Positions 27,635-36,516 of a stretch of 51,662 nucleotides of DNA are shown piece after piece. The translations under genes and the position numbers were made by a program. The stretch lies in the sequence record SRR20825006_1228. One strand, 5' to 3'. Positions within the stretch are counted from its first letter, which is position 1, and each line of letters begins with the position of its first letter. The notes under the pieces were generated by a model, which saw only the letters and a program-made list of their open reading frames with translations, made no database searches and was not told the DNA's origin.

Positions 27635-28111
27635 ATGGCCCACCGCAAAGACCTCCTGACCGCAATTCGACAGATTACGCGTGCGATCGACCTGAATTCC
27701 AAGCAATTGGCGAAAACGACCGGCCTCACGGCGCCACAACTCATTGTATTGCAGACCTTGTCCGGTGCCGGATCGGTCAAGCCATCGGAGATCGCCCGCG
27801 AAGTGCATTTGTCCCAAGCGACGATCACTTCCATCGTGGATCGATTGGAGGCGGCGGGCCTCGTCGAGCGGCAGAAGAACGAAACCGACCGCCGCGCCGT
27901 AGATGTCTCGATTACGGAGACTGGTCGCAGAAGCCTCGAAGATGCGCCGGAAGCGCTTCAGGAAGGGTTCCTGAAGCGTTTTGACTCTCTGGAGTTGTGG
28001 GAGCAGAGTCTGCTCATCTCATCGGTGCAGCGGCTGGCTGCCATGATGAATGCGGGAAGCCTTGATGCGGCGCCGATCCTGGAGGTTGGAGATTTGCAGA
28101 AAGAGGGCTGA
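27635..28111 (+). CDS. MarR-family regulator of the EctR/CosR subfamily
   Basis: AIRQITRAIDLNSKQL, GLTAPQL, LSQATITSIVDRLE, WEQSLLISSVQRLAAMM, LDAAPIL typical of EctR/CosR. Confidence 0.85.
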   Translation: MAHRKDLLTAIRQITRAIDLNSKQLAKTTGLTAPQLIVLQTLSGAGSVKPSEIAREVHLSQATITSIVDRLEAAGLVERQKNETDRRAVDVSITETGRRSLEDAPEALQEGFLKRFDSLELWEQSLLISSVQRLAAMMNAGSLDAAPILEVGDLQKEG

Positions 28112-29308
28112 TCAGCTCTCGGAGACTTCCACCATTGTTTCCTCTTCCGGTTTGTCCCAGAGGAGGTGGCGATCTTCCAGGACAATCAGATTTTCGCGAC
28201 TGATGACCGTGCCACCAGTTTGGTAGCCGAGCAGTTCTTTCGGTGAAATTTCCGGATGACGCGCGAGTACCATGGTTTCTTCTGACGAGAAGTTGGTCAT
28301 GCCGCGCGCGATCTCCGCGCCGCTTTCGTCGTAAACGTGAATCACGTCACCCTTGAGGTACTGACCCTGAATTGACTTGATGTCTTCATGCAGGACATGT
28401 TCTGGGCTATCGGCCAGCGTGTTTGCCAACTCGTCACGGATCACGATACTGCCGGCAATCTGAAGGCGATCAGTCAGCCACGTCGCCCAAGCCGAAGCTG
28501 GCTTGGTGTGCGCGATGCATTTGGTGTGCGGTCGTTCATTATAGAGAACTGAAGACACGGGCGCGTCATGTTCCCCATTCGCGATGAGGGTCGTGCATCC
28601 GGCATTCTGCGCCATGTTTGCGGCCTGCATCTTGGTGAGCATGCCGCCGCTACCGAGACTGCTGGTGCCTTCCGTAACCGCGATATACTCGCTGACATCA
28701 TGGACTTCTTCGACCAGTTTGGCGCCTGGCTCTTCAGGGTTCTTGTCGTAGAGGCCGTCAATGCAGGTGAGGATCACCAGATGGTCCGCCTGGATCATCT
28801 GGGCGACTTTTGCGGCGAGGCGGTCATTGTCGCCCACACGGATTTCTTCGGTCGTGATCGAGTCATTTTCGTTCACGATTGGCAGAATATCACCCTGCAA
28901 CAGGCGGTGGACAGTGTTCTTGGTGTTCAAGAAGCGCTTGCGCTCTTCCATGTCCTGAAGGGTGACGAGCACCTGTGCGATATCGAATCCAAACTCATGG
29001 GCAACTTGTTTGTAGGCGTTCAGCAGCAGGGGCATGCCACACGCAGCAGCGGCCTGTTTGTCGCGCAGCCCGGCGGTTTCCGGCTTCTCGTTCAACATGT
29101 TCAAACCGAGCGCCACGGCACCTGACGAACACAGGACAACTTCGTAGCCGTCATTCCGTAATTTGGTGATGTCTTCCAATAGCCGTTGCATGAATGCCCA
29201 GCGCGGTGTGAGAAGGTCTGGATTGGCAAGTAGGCTCGATCCGATTTTCACGACGATGCGTTTCTTGGAAGGCAAATTAGGCTCCGGTGGTTGCTTAGGG
29301 GCGGACAT
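28112..29308 (-). CDS. proB: Glutamate 5-kinase with PUA domain
   Basis: IVVKIGSSLL, SSGAVALG, NENDS...GDNDRLAA, GSGGMLTK, EIARG; start 29308 preferred. Confidence 0.95.
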   Translation of the reverse strand: MSAPKQPPEPNLPSKKRIVVKIGSSLLANPDLLTPRWAFMQRLLEDITKLRNDGYEVVLCSSGAVALGLNMLNEKPETAGLRDKQAAAACGMPLLLNAYKQVAHEFGFDIAQVLVTLQDMEERKRFLNTKNTVHRLLQGDILPIVNENDSITTEEIRVGDNDRLAAKVAQMIQADHLVILTCIDGLYDKNPEEPGAKLVEEVHDVSEYIAVTEGTSSLGSGGMLTKMQAANMAQNAGCTTLIANGEHDAPVSSVLYNERPHTKCIAHTKPASAWATWLTDRLQIAGSIVIRDELANTLADSPEHVLHEDIKSIQGQYLKGDVIHVYDESGAEIARGMTNFSSEETMVLARHPEISPKELLGYQTGGTVISRENLIVLEDRHLLWDKPEEETMVEVSES

Positions 29309-29459
29309 AAGAAGGTTTGGGTTACGATGCAAATAATTAGCTTACAAAATACCTTCAGACTTTCTTCAAGGTCTCAATACCTAGTCTGAAAAGTCACGAA
29401 TCAGGGAAATTCGACTATTTTGCGGCATCCGCCGAAAGCTTGAGTTTCTGTAATAGATG

Positions 29460-29474
29460 GTTTGAATTCTAAAC
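29460..29474. promoter_or_regulatory. Probable EctR/CosR operator
   Basis: GTTTGAATTCTAAAC contains TTTGA-NN-TCTAA, the CosR pseudo-palindrome as I recall it; weaker copy TTAGCTTACAAA at 29337-29348. Confidence 0.6.
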
Positions 29475-29520
29475 AAATATCATTATCTCGCGGGTCAGGT
29501 GAGCAAAGGACTAGTATAGC

Positions 29521-30300
29521 ATGAAGGTACTTCTCGTTGGATGCGGAAAGATGGGCGGCGCGCTTCTGACGCAGTGGATGCGCGCGGTGGAGCATGAGTT
29601 CACCATTGTCGATCCTTTCTTGGAACAACCTGTGGAAGGTGCCCGTCTATTCAAGGATATCAACGCCCTTGGAGACGAGAAGTTTGATCTGTTGATCGTC
29701 GCGATCAAGCCGCAAATGGTTGATGAGATACTGCCGGCCTATAAGGACGCGCTCAATCCGGATGCGGCCGTTGCGTCGATCGCTGCGGGGTGTTCGGTGC
29801 AGCGCCTGCAGACTGCGCTGCCGGGCTATCCGGTTATACGGATCATGCCGAACCTTCCATCTGCCATCGGGGCGGGCGTTGCGGGCCTTTACGCCAGCAG
29901 TGCGGCAAGTGCCGACCAAAGGGATACTGTCGAAACCCTCATGCAGGCTGCCGGGACGGCTGTCTGGGTAGATGATGAAGACCAGATTGACCGGGTAACC
30001 GCCGTCGCTGGCAGCGGTCCGGGATATGTCTTCGAGATCGCCCGCGCCTATATCGAGGCGGCCAAGGAACTAGGCTTCAGTGACGAACAGGCCAGCGATC
30101 TTGTGCTCGGCACGCTGGATGGCTCCATCCGCATGATCCTTGAAACCGGCGATAATCCGGAAAATCTCCGCAATTCCGTCACCAGCAAGAATGGCACGAC
30201 TGAAGCGGGCCTGAAGGCCCTGAATGGAGACGGAAAGTTGTCAGATCTCCTGAAAGCCACCACCGAGTCGGCCTACAAGCGCGCAATCGAGTTGCGCTAG
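29521..30300 (+). CDS. proC: Pyrroline-5-carboxylate reductase
   Basis: [35 protein letters not shown]. Confidence 0.95.
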   Translation: MKVLLVGCGKMGGALLTQWMRAVEHEFTIVDPFLEQPVEGARLFKDINALGDEKFDLLIVAIKPQMVDEILPAYKDALNPDAAVASIAAGCSVQRLQTALPGYPVIRIMPNLPSAIGAGVAGLYASSAASADQRDTVETLMQAAGTAVWVDDEDQIDRVTAVAGSGPGYVFEIARAYIEAAKELGFSDEQASDLVLGTLDGSIRMILETGDNPENLRNSVTSKNGTTEAGLKALNGDGKLSDLLKATTESAYKRAIELR

Positions 30301-30331
30301 GCGCCTGAACAAGAACCATGAAGGACGAAAC

Positions 30332-31594
30332 GTGACCACATTGGATTCCCGTTTGAACGCATATATTTCCGGTCTGGGCCAGAATGCCCGCGACGCTGCA
30401 AAGGCATTGCTGACGGCGACGACCGAGCAGAAAAATGACGCTCTCCGCGCATCCGCCAAGGCATTGCGTGAGGCAAAAGCGGACCTTCTTGCCGCCAATA
30501 AGGAAGATGTCGACAGTGTCGGCGACAGCCGACCGGACTCCTTCATCGACCGACTGCGTCTTACCGACGAACGGGTCGAGGCGATGGCAAGCGCCCTGGA
30601 ACAGATTGCGGAGTTGCCGGACCCGGTCGGGCGGTTGCTCTCGACCACTGAGCGCCCGAATGGCTTGACCATTGAGCGCGTGGCCGTGCCAATTGGCGTG
30701 ATCGGGATGATCTACGAATCTCGTCCAAACGTCGGCGCCGATGCCAGTGCGCTGTGCCTGAAATCCGGCAATGCCGTGATCCTGCGCGGCGGCTCGGAAA
30801 GCAAGAATTCAACGCGCGAGATTGTAGCCTGCATGCAGGCTGGGCTCGAAGCTGCTGGCCTGCCGAAAGGCGCCGTTCAGACGGTTGAGACCACCGACCG
30901 GAATGCCGTAACCGCGCTGCTGCATGCTGTCGACTATGTAGATCTCGTCATTCCGCGCGGCGGCCGCGGTCTGGTGGAGCTGGTGCGTGACGAAGCCAAG
31001 GTGCCGACACTGCTCCATCTTGATGGCAACTGCCACAGCTACATCCATGCCGATGCGGATATCGAGAAGTCCCTCGACGTTGTTCGCAATGCCAAGCTGC
31101 GCCGCACCGGCGTCTGCGGTGCGACAGAGAGCATTGTGGTGGATCGGGCGATCGCCGAAATCGTCATTCCGCGCTTGGTCAAAATCATGGAAGGCTGCGA
31201 ATTGCGCGGGGATACTGAGGCACGTCGTATTGCGCCCGATCTTGTCGAAGCGACCGACGAAGATTGGTCGACCGAATATCTCGACCCGATTGCATCGGTG
31301 AAGATCGTCGGTGGACTTCAGGAAGCGATCAACTTTGTGAGCGAGCACTCCTCCGGTCACACGGATGCCATCCTGACCGAAAATGCCGATGCAGCCCGCC
31401 GTTTCATGACCTCCATCGACAGCGCCGTCGTAATGCACAATGCTTCAACCCAATTCTCCGATGGCGGGGAGTTTGGCATGGGTGCCGAGATTGGCATTGC
31501 GACGGGCAAGATGCACGCGCGTGGGCCGGTGGGGTTGGAGCAACTGACCAGTTTCAAATATCTGGTACATGGCAACGGCCAGACCCGGCCTTGA
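30332..31594 (+). CDS. proA: Gamma-glutamyl phosphate reductase
   Basis: [54 protein letters not shown]. Confidence 0.96.
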   Translation: MTTLDSRLNAYISGLGQNARDAAKALLTATTEQKNDALRASAKALREAKADLLAANKEDVDSVGDSRPDSFIDRLRLTDERVEAMASALEQIAELPDPVGRLLSTTERPNGLTIERVAVPIGVIGMIYESRPNVGADASALCLKSGNAVILRGGSESKNSTREIVACMQAGLEAAGLPKGAVQTVETTDRNAVTALLHAVDYVDLVIPRGGRGLVELVRDEAKVPTLLHLDGNCHSYIHADADIEKSLDVVRNAKLRRTGVCGATESIVVDRAIAEIVIPRLVKIMEGCELRGDTEARRIAPDLVEATDEDWSTEYLDPIASVKIVGGLQEAINFVSEHSSGHTDAILTENADAARRFMTSIDSAVVMHNASTQFSDGGEFGMGAEIGIATGKMHARGPVGLEQLTSFKYLVHGNGQTRP

Positions 31595-31661
31595 TCTAAA
31601 TGATACGCGCGGCCACGGGGGGCGCGCTTTTCCGTAATTTTACGAGGACAGCGAGAAATAT

Positions 31662-33224
31662 ATGACAATCAGCGTTCCCGAATTGATATCGCTTGGGACG
31701 TATTTCGTCCTGATGATGGCCATCGGACTTTATGCCTACAAAACGTCTACCAGCGACGTGTCCGAATACATGCTTGGCGGCCGCAATCTGCACCCAGCTG
31801 TCGGTGCCTTGTCTGCCGGGGCCTCTGATATGAGTGGCTGGATGTTGATGGGGTTGCCCGGTGCGATCTATGTGAGCGGCTTTTCTGCAGCCTGGATTGC
31901 CGTTGGTTTGGTAATCGGGGCGTATCTCAACTATCGATTTGTCGCGCCACGCTTGCGTATCTATACAGAAATGGCGGATGACTCGATTACCATTCCCGAC
32001 TTCTTCGAGAAGCGCTTTCACGATTCCTCGCACGCCTTGCGCACCATCTCTGCGCTGGTGATCATTGTTTTCTTCACCGTCTATACTTCTTCCGGCATCG
32101 TCGCGGGCGGCAAGCTCTTTGAATCCGCCTTTGGCCTGAACTACCAGCTCGGCTTGTTTGTCACCGCTGGCGTCGTGCTTGCCTATACGGTCGTTGGGGG
32201 CTTTCTGGCGGTCAGCCTGACGGACTTCGTGCAAGGCTGCATCATGTTCATCGCGCTCATCCTCGTGCCCGTTATCGCATACTTCGTGATTGGTGGGTGG
32301 AGCGGCATGGAAAGTGCGATCACAAGCGCGCCTTCGTATGTGGATGCTGACAGTGGAGCTGTTGGTCCGGCGCGTAGTCAGTTTTTCGACATGTGGCCCG
32401 AGAGTATGACCGTAGTGGGCCTCGTCTCCCTCCTCGCTTGGGGGCTTGGCTATTTCGGTCAGCCGCACATCATTGTGCGCTTCATGGCCATCCGGTCACT
32501 CAAGGACATCAAGACCGCTCGCATTATCGGCATGAGTTGGATGCTCGTTACGGTCATCGGAGCCGTCTTTGTCGGCGCCGTGGGCGTCGCTTATGTCCAG
32601 CAACATGACCTCGGCGCGCAGCTGACCGACTCTGAAGCCATCTTCATCCTGCTTTCGCAAATCATCTTCCATCCGCTCGTCGCCGGCTTCCTGCTCGCGG
32701 CGATCCTCGCGGCGATCATGAGCACGATCTCTTCGCAGCTGCTCGTGTCTTCCAGCTCGATCACCGAAGATGTCTACAAGACCTTCTTCCGGCGCGAGGC
32801 TTCGCAGTCGGAGCTGGTGATGATCGGCCGGATTGCGACGGTTGTGGTCAGCCTCGTGGCCATCGCGCTCGCCTTCGATCCCAACAGCAACATTCTTGAT
32901 CTTGTATCAAATGCGTGGGCCGGGTTCGGTTCGGCCTTTGGCCCGATCATTTTGCTTAGCCTGTTCTGGCGCCATCTGACGCGTGATGGGGCGCTGGCTG
33001 GTATGATTGTTGGCGCGGTTACGGTGCTGGTCTGGCTCTACGTACCGCTCCTGCCAGCTGAGGGCGGTGCGGTGCCGCTCGAAACTCTTGTCTATGCCAT
33101 GATCCCCGGCTTCCTGCTGTCAGGCCTCGCGGCCTATCTTGTCAGTGTGATTGGCCGCTCGGTGAAGCCGAAAGTGGCCGCCGGGTTTGATGACATGAGC
33201 GAGGTGATGAACGACGCCCCCTGA
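31662..33224 (+). CDS. putP: Sodium/proline symporter
   Basis: YMLGGR, ALSAGASDMSGW, WGLGYFGQPHIIVRFM, AILAAIMST, AWAGFG. Confidence 0.93.
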   Translation: MTISVPELISLGTYFVLMMAIGLYAYKTSTSDVSEYMLGGRNLHPAVGALSAGASDMSGWMLMGLPGAIYVSGFSAAWIAVGLVIGAYLNYRFVAPRLRIYTEMADDSITIPDFFEKRFHDSSHALRTISALVIIVFFTVYTSSGIVAGGKLFESAFGLNYQLGLFVTAGVVLAYTVVGGFLAVSLTDFVQGCIMFIALILVPVIAYFVIGGWSGMESAITSAPSYVDADSGAVGPARSQFFDMWPESMTVVGLVSLLAWGLGYFGQPHIIVRFMAIRSLKDIKTARIIGMSWMLVTVIGAVFVGAVGVAYVQQHDLGAQLTDSEAIFILLSQIIFHPLVAGFLLAAILAAIMSTISSQLLVSSSSITEDVYKTFFRREASQSELVMIGRIATVVVSLVAIALAFDPNSNILDLVSNAWAGFGSAFGPIILLSLFWRHLTRDGALAGMIVGAVTVLVWLYVPLLPAEGGAVPLETLVYAMIPGFLLSGLAAYLVSVIGRSVKPKVAAGFDDMSEVMNDAP

Positions 33225-33231
33225 TCTGGTG

Positions 33232-33257
33232 CCGCTCCTCTGACAAAGAGGGGCGGT
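33232..33257 (+). terminator. GC-rich hairpin after putP
   Basis: CCGCTCCTCT-GACAA-AGAGGGGCGG just after the stop; no clear U-tract. Confidence 0.5.
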
Positions 33258-33283
33258 GACACACCCTGCCTGTCGCGTTAAGT

Positions 33284-33301
33284 AATGATAACGCAAACAT
33301 T
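33284..33301. promoter_or_regulatory. LacI-type (XylR-like) operator upstream of GH67 gene
   Basis: AATGATAACGCAAACATT pseudo-palindrome with central CG, similar to Caulobacter XylR TGTTAGCGCTAACA-type sites. Confidence 0.55.
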
Positions 33302-33357
33302 TGGGGGGTGGAGGTCGCACGTCTGTCGCTTCCCGATACATAAACGGGTCAAGGGTT

Positions 33358-35520
33358 GTGAAGAATTTGCTGAAGCGCGTCGCTAGTCTGTTCATTTCGA
33401 TTTCAATTGGTTTCGGCGTGTTGCCGGCTGTTGCAGAGGATGGCTACGAACTCTGGCTTCGGTACGAACAGCTTGAGGCCAGACCCGCCGACGCGCCGCG
33501 CCATGTGATGGCCGCCTGCGCTGAGCCGTCGGAGACGCTTCAGGCCGCGCTTGCGGAAATCGAGCGGGCCACGGAGTCCCTGCTGGGAAATTCCCTCCAA
33601 TCCACGGACAGGCTGCGTAGCCGGACACTCGTGCTCGCCAGTGCGGACTGCGCCGACGCGATTGATGAGGCGGACCTGCCAACCACTGAAACCGTTGGAG
33701 CCGAGGGCTTCGCCCTGCGGGCAACGAAACTGAACGGTAAGCGCGTAACACTGATCGCCGCGCAATCCGACCTTGGCGTCCTCTATGGCACGTTCGACTA
33801 TCTCCAGCGCATGTCGCGCGGCGAGGCGCTCACGGATCTCGACGTCATTTCACGTCCCAAGACCAAGCTGCGCCTGCTCAATCATTGGGACAATCTGGAT
33901 CGCCATGTCGAGCGCGGCTATGCGGGTCAGTCGATCTGGGACTGGCACCGCCTGCCAGACTATCTCGATCCGAAGTATACCGACTATGCCCGCGCGAATG
34001 CGTCCATCGGCATCAATGGTGTGTCGCTGACCAATGTGAACGCTGATGCGACCGTGCTGACCGCGCCATACCTAAAGAAGGTCGCAGCCCTCGCAGATAT
34101 TTTCCGGCCCTATGGGATCAGGATCTATCTGACCGCGCGCTTCTCTGCGCCGATGGAATTGGGCGGGCTCGACACAGCCGATCCACGCGACGCCGAGGTG
34201 CAGGCCTGGTGGCAGGCCAAGGTGGACGAGATATATACCTATGTGCCGGATTTCGGCGGCTTCCTCGTGAAAGCGAACTCCGAAGGCCAGCCCGGCCCAC
34301 AGGATTATGAGCGCAGCCATGCCGAAGGCGCGAACATGCTGGCCACCGCGCTTGCCCCGCATGAAGGCATCGTGATGTGGCGCGCCTTCGTCTATTCGGC
34401 CGAAGAACCCGAAGACCGCGTGAAGCAGGCCTATACCGAATTCGTGCCTCTGGATGGTCAGTTTGCAGACAATGTTCTGGTACAGGTCAAGAACGGCCCG
34501 CTGGACTTTCAGCCGCGCGAGCCCTTCCATCCGCTGTTCGGCGCGATGCCGGAAACGCCGTTGATGATGGAACTCCAGATCACCAAGGAATATCTCGGCT
34601 TCTCGACCCATCTCGCCTATTTGGGCACGCTCTGGGAAGAGGTGTTGTCGGCCGATACGCACGCCAAGGGTGAGGGCACAAGCGTTGCCTCCGTGATCGA
34701 TGGCGTTGCGCAAGAGTACGAGCTTACCGGCATGGCAGGTGTTGCCAATATCGGCAGTGATCGGAACTGGTCAGGCTCAGTCTTCGATCAGGCGAACTGG
34801 TACGCTTTTGGGCGACTTGCCTGGGATCCTGACGCCTCCTCTGAGGCCATCGCGCGCGATTGGGTGGAACAGACTCTCAGCCGTGCGCCAGAAGTCGCCG
34901 ACGAAATTACCGGCATGATGATGGGCTCACGCGAGGCGGTCGTGAACTATATGACGCCGCTTGGTCTCACCCATCTCATGGGAACCGGACACCATTATGG
35001 CCCCGCGCCTTGGGTCGATGATCTCGGACGGGCAGACTGGACCCCATATTATTATCACAAGGCCACAAAGGATGCGGTTGGCTTTGACCGGACCGAAACA
35101 GGCTCTGGCGCAGTCGATCAGTATGCCGGGCCGGTGACGCAGGAATGGGCGAGTCTCGACACGGTGCCGGATGAATTGCTGCTCTGGTTCCATCGCGTGC
35201 CGTGGGACTACCAGCTCTCGAACGGCCAGACGCTCTGGCAGGAACTCGTGAACCGCTATGACCGAGGTGTCAGCGCGGTGGGGGTGATGCAGGCGCAGTG
35301 GGCGAGCCTGGAGAACGAGATCGATGCCGCGCGGTTCGCGCAGGTGTCGGCTTTCCTCGGAATCCAGCATCAGGAAGCTATCTGGTGGCGTGACGCCTCC
35401 ATCGCCTACTGGCAGAGCGTGAACGGCTTGCCTCTGCCTGAGGGTGCAGAGCCGCCCGCGCATGGTCTCGACCATTACAAGAGCCTGTCTTTCCCGAATG
35501 CGCCGGGGCAGGGTGAATAG
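33358..35520 (+). CDS. aguA: Alpha-glucuronidase, GH67, with signal peptide
   Basis: AEDGYELWLRY, RLLNHWDNL, ERGYAG, KANSEGQPGP, QVKNGPLDFQPREP, ELQITKEYLG. Confidence 0.95.
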   Translation: MKNLLKRVASLFISISIGFGVLPAVAEDGYELWLRYEQLEARPADAPRHVMAACAEPSETLQAALAEIERATESLLGNSLQSTDRLRSRTLVLASADCADAIDEADLPTTETVGAEGFALRATKLNGKRVTLIAAQSDLGVLYGTFDYLQRMSRGEALTDLDVISRPKTKLRLLNHWDNLDRHVERGYAGQSIWDWHRLPDYLDPKYTDYARANASIGINGVSLTNVNADATVLTAPYLKKVAALADIFRPYGIRIYLTARFSAPMELGGLDTADPRDAEVQAWWQAKVDEIYTYVPDFGGFLVKANSEGQPGPQDYERSHAEGANMLATALAPHEGIVMWRAFVYSAEEPEDRVKQAYTEFVPLDGQFADNVLVQVKNGPLDFQPREPFHPLFGAMPETPLMMELQITKEYLGFSTHLAYLGTLWEEVLSADTHAKGEGTSVASVIDGVAQEYELTGMAGVANIGSDRNWSGSVFDQANWYAFGRLAWDPDASSEAIARDWVEQTLSRAPEVADEITGMMMGSREAVVNYMTPLGLTHLMGTGHHYGPAPWVDDLGRADWTPYYYHKATKDAVGFDRTETGSGAVDQYAGPVTQEWASLDTVPDELLLWFHRVPWDYQLSNGQTLWQELVNRYDRGVSAVGVMQAQWASLENEIDAARFAQVSAFLGIQHQEAIWWRDASIAYWQSVNGLPLPEGAEPPAHGLDHYKSLSFPNAPGQGE

Positions 35521-35521
35521 G

Positions 35522-36415
35522 TTAGCTGGTGCCGGTGAGCCGCTCGGTTGAGGCGGCGAACAGATCATCTAGAAAACGGCTGACGGCGCGCACGCGGGTT
35601 GTTCCGTGTACGTCCTCATGGACGGCAAGCCAGAAGGCGCGGTCGATACGGACTTCCTCTGGCAACACATGGACGAGGTTCGGGTCGCCCGCCGCGATGA
35701 AGTGGGGCAGCACGGCAATCCCGGCGCCTTCGCGGGCCATCTGCCATTGCGCCACGATGGACGGGCTGCAGAAGCGCGGCGTCAGGCCGGGGGCGATGTC
35801 TTCGTGATAGCGCAGCTGGGTTGAGTAAATGAGGTCGTCGACATAGCCGATGAGATCATGCTCGCTGAGGTCGCTGACGTGTTCGACCGGGCGCGTGCGG
35901 GCGAGGTAATCCGGGTGGGCGTACATCTGCAGCACATAGTCAGACATCTTGCGCACCTTCACGCGGCCTGTCTTTGGCCGTGTCAGCATGATCGACATGT
36001 CGGCTTCACGCTTTGGCACGCTGACAAAGCCGGAGACGGCAATGATGTCGAGCCCGATATGCGGGTTCTGCGCGGCGAAGTCGGCCATGGCGGGCGCAAT
36101 CAGGAGACTGCCGAGTCCTTCGGTCACGCCGAGCCGGACGCGTCCGGCGGCGAGCGGGCCGTCCATGTCTGACAGCGCGGCAATCTCTGACGCCGTATGC
36201 TCCAGCCCCTCTACCTTGTCGGCCACGGTCTGGCCAACCGGCGTCAGGACATGGCCCTTGGGTGTCCGCTCGAACAGTTCGAGCCCCAACTCGGTCTCCA
36301 GCCGTCTCAGGCGCCGACTGATCGTTGTCGGGTCAAGCCCCGTGCGCGTGGCCACATCGGCGAGACGCGGATGGCGGCTCACATCGAGCAGGAGGCGGAG
36401 ATCGTCCCAGTTCAT
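35522..36415 (-). CDS. LysR-family transcriptional regulator
   Basis: MNWDDLR, TISRRLRRLE...LFERT HTH, READMSI; divergent from mmsA. Confidence 0.93.
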   Translation of the reverse strand: MNWDDLRLLLDVSRHPRLADVATRTGLDPTTISRRLRRLETELGLELFERTPKGHVLTPVGQTVADKVEGLEHTASEIAALSDMDGPLAAGRVRLGVTEGLGSLLIAPAMADFAAQNPHIGLDIIAVSGFVSVPKREADMSIMLTRPKTGRVKVRKMSDYVLQMYAHPDYLARTRPVEHVSDLSEHDLIGYVDDLIYSTQLRYHEDIAPGLTPRFCSPSIVAQWQMAREGAGIAVLPHFIAAGDPNLVHVLPEEVRIDRAFWLAVHEDVHGTTRVRAVSRFLDDLFAASTERLTGTS

Positions 36416-36425
36416 TACTTGTTGC

Positions 36426-36456
36426 CTGCGATTTTGCAGCTCGTAGCTGCGATATT
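36426..36456. promoter_or_regulatory. Possible LysR binding sites
   Basis: CTGC-GATTTT-GCAG dyad plus repeat of CTGCGAT 21 bp downstream in the lysR/mmsA gap. Confidence 0.4.
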
Positions 36457-36516
36457 GTCCATTTACCGGAATTTATACGCGCGCTACGGTCCCGTCAAAA
36501 TCAAAGGGAGTTTCTC

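Noticed and set aside
36325-36516. Long upstream start for mmsA
   Set aside because: Overlaps the divergent lysR gene; RBS and homology-like start at 36517
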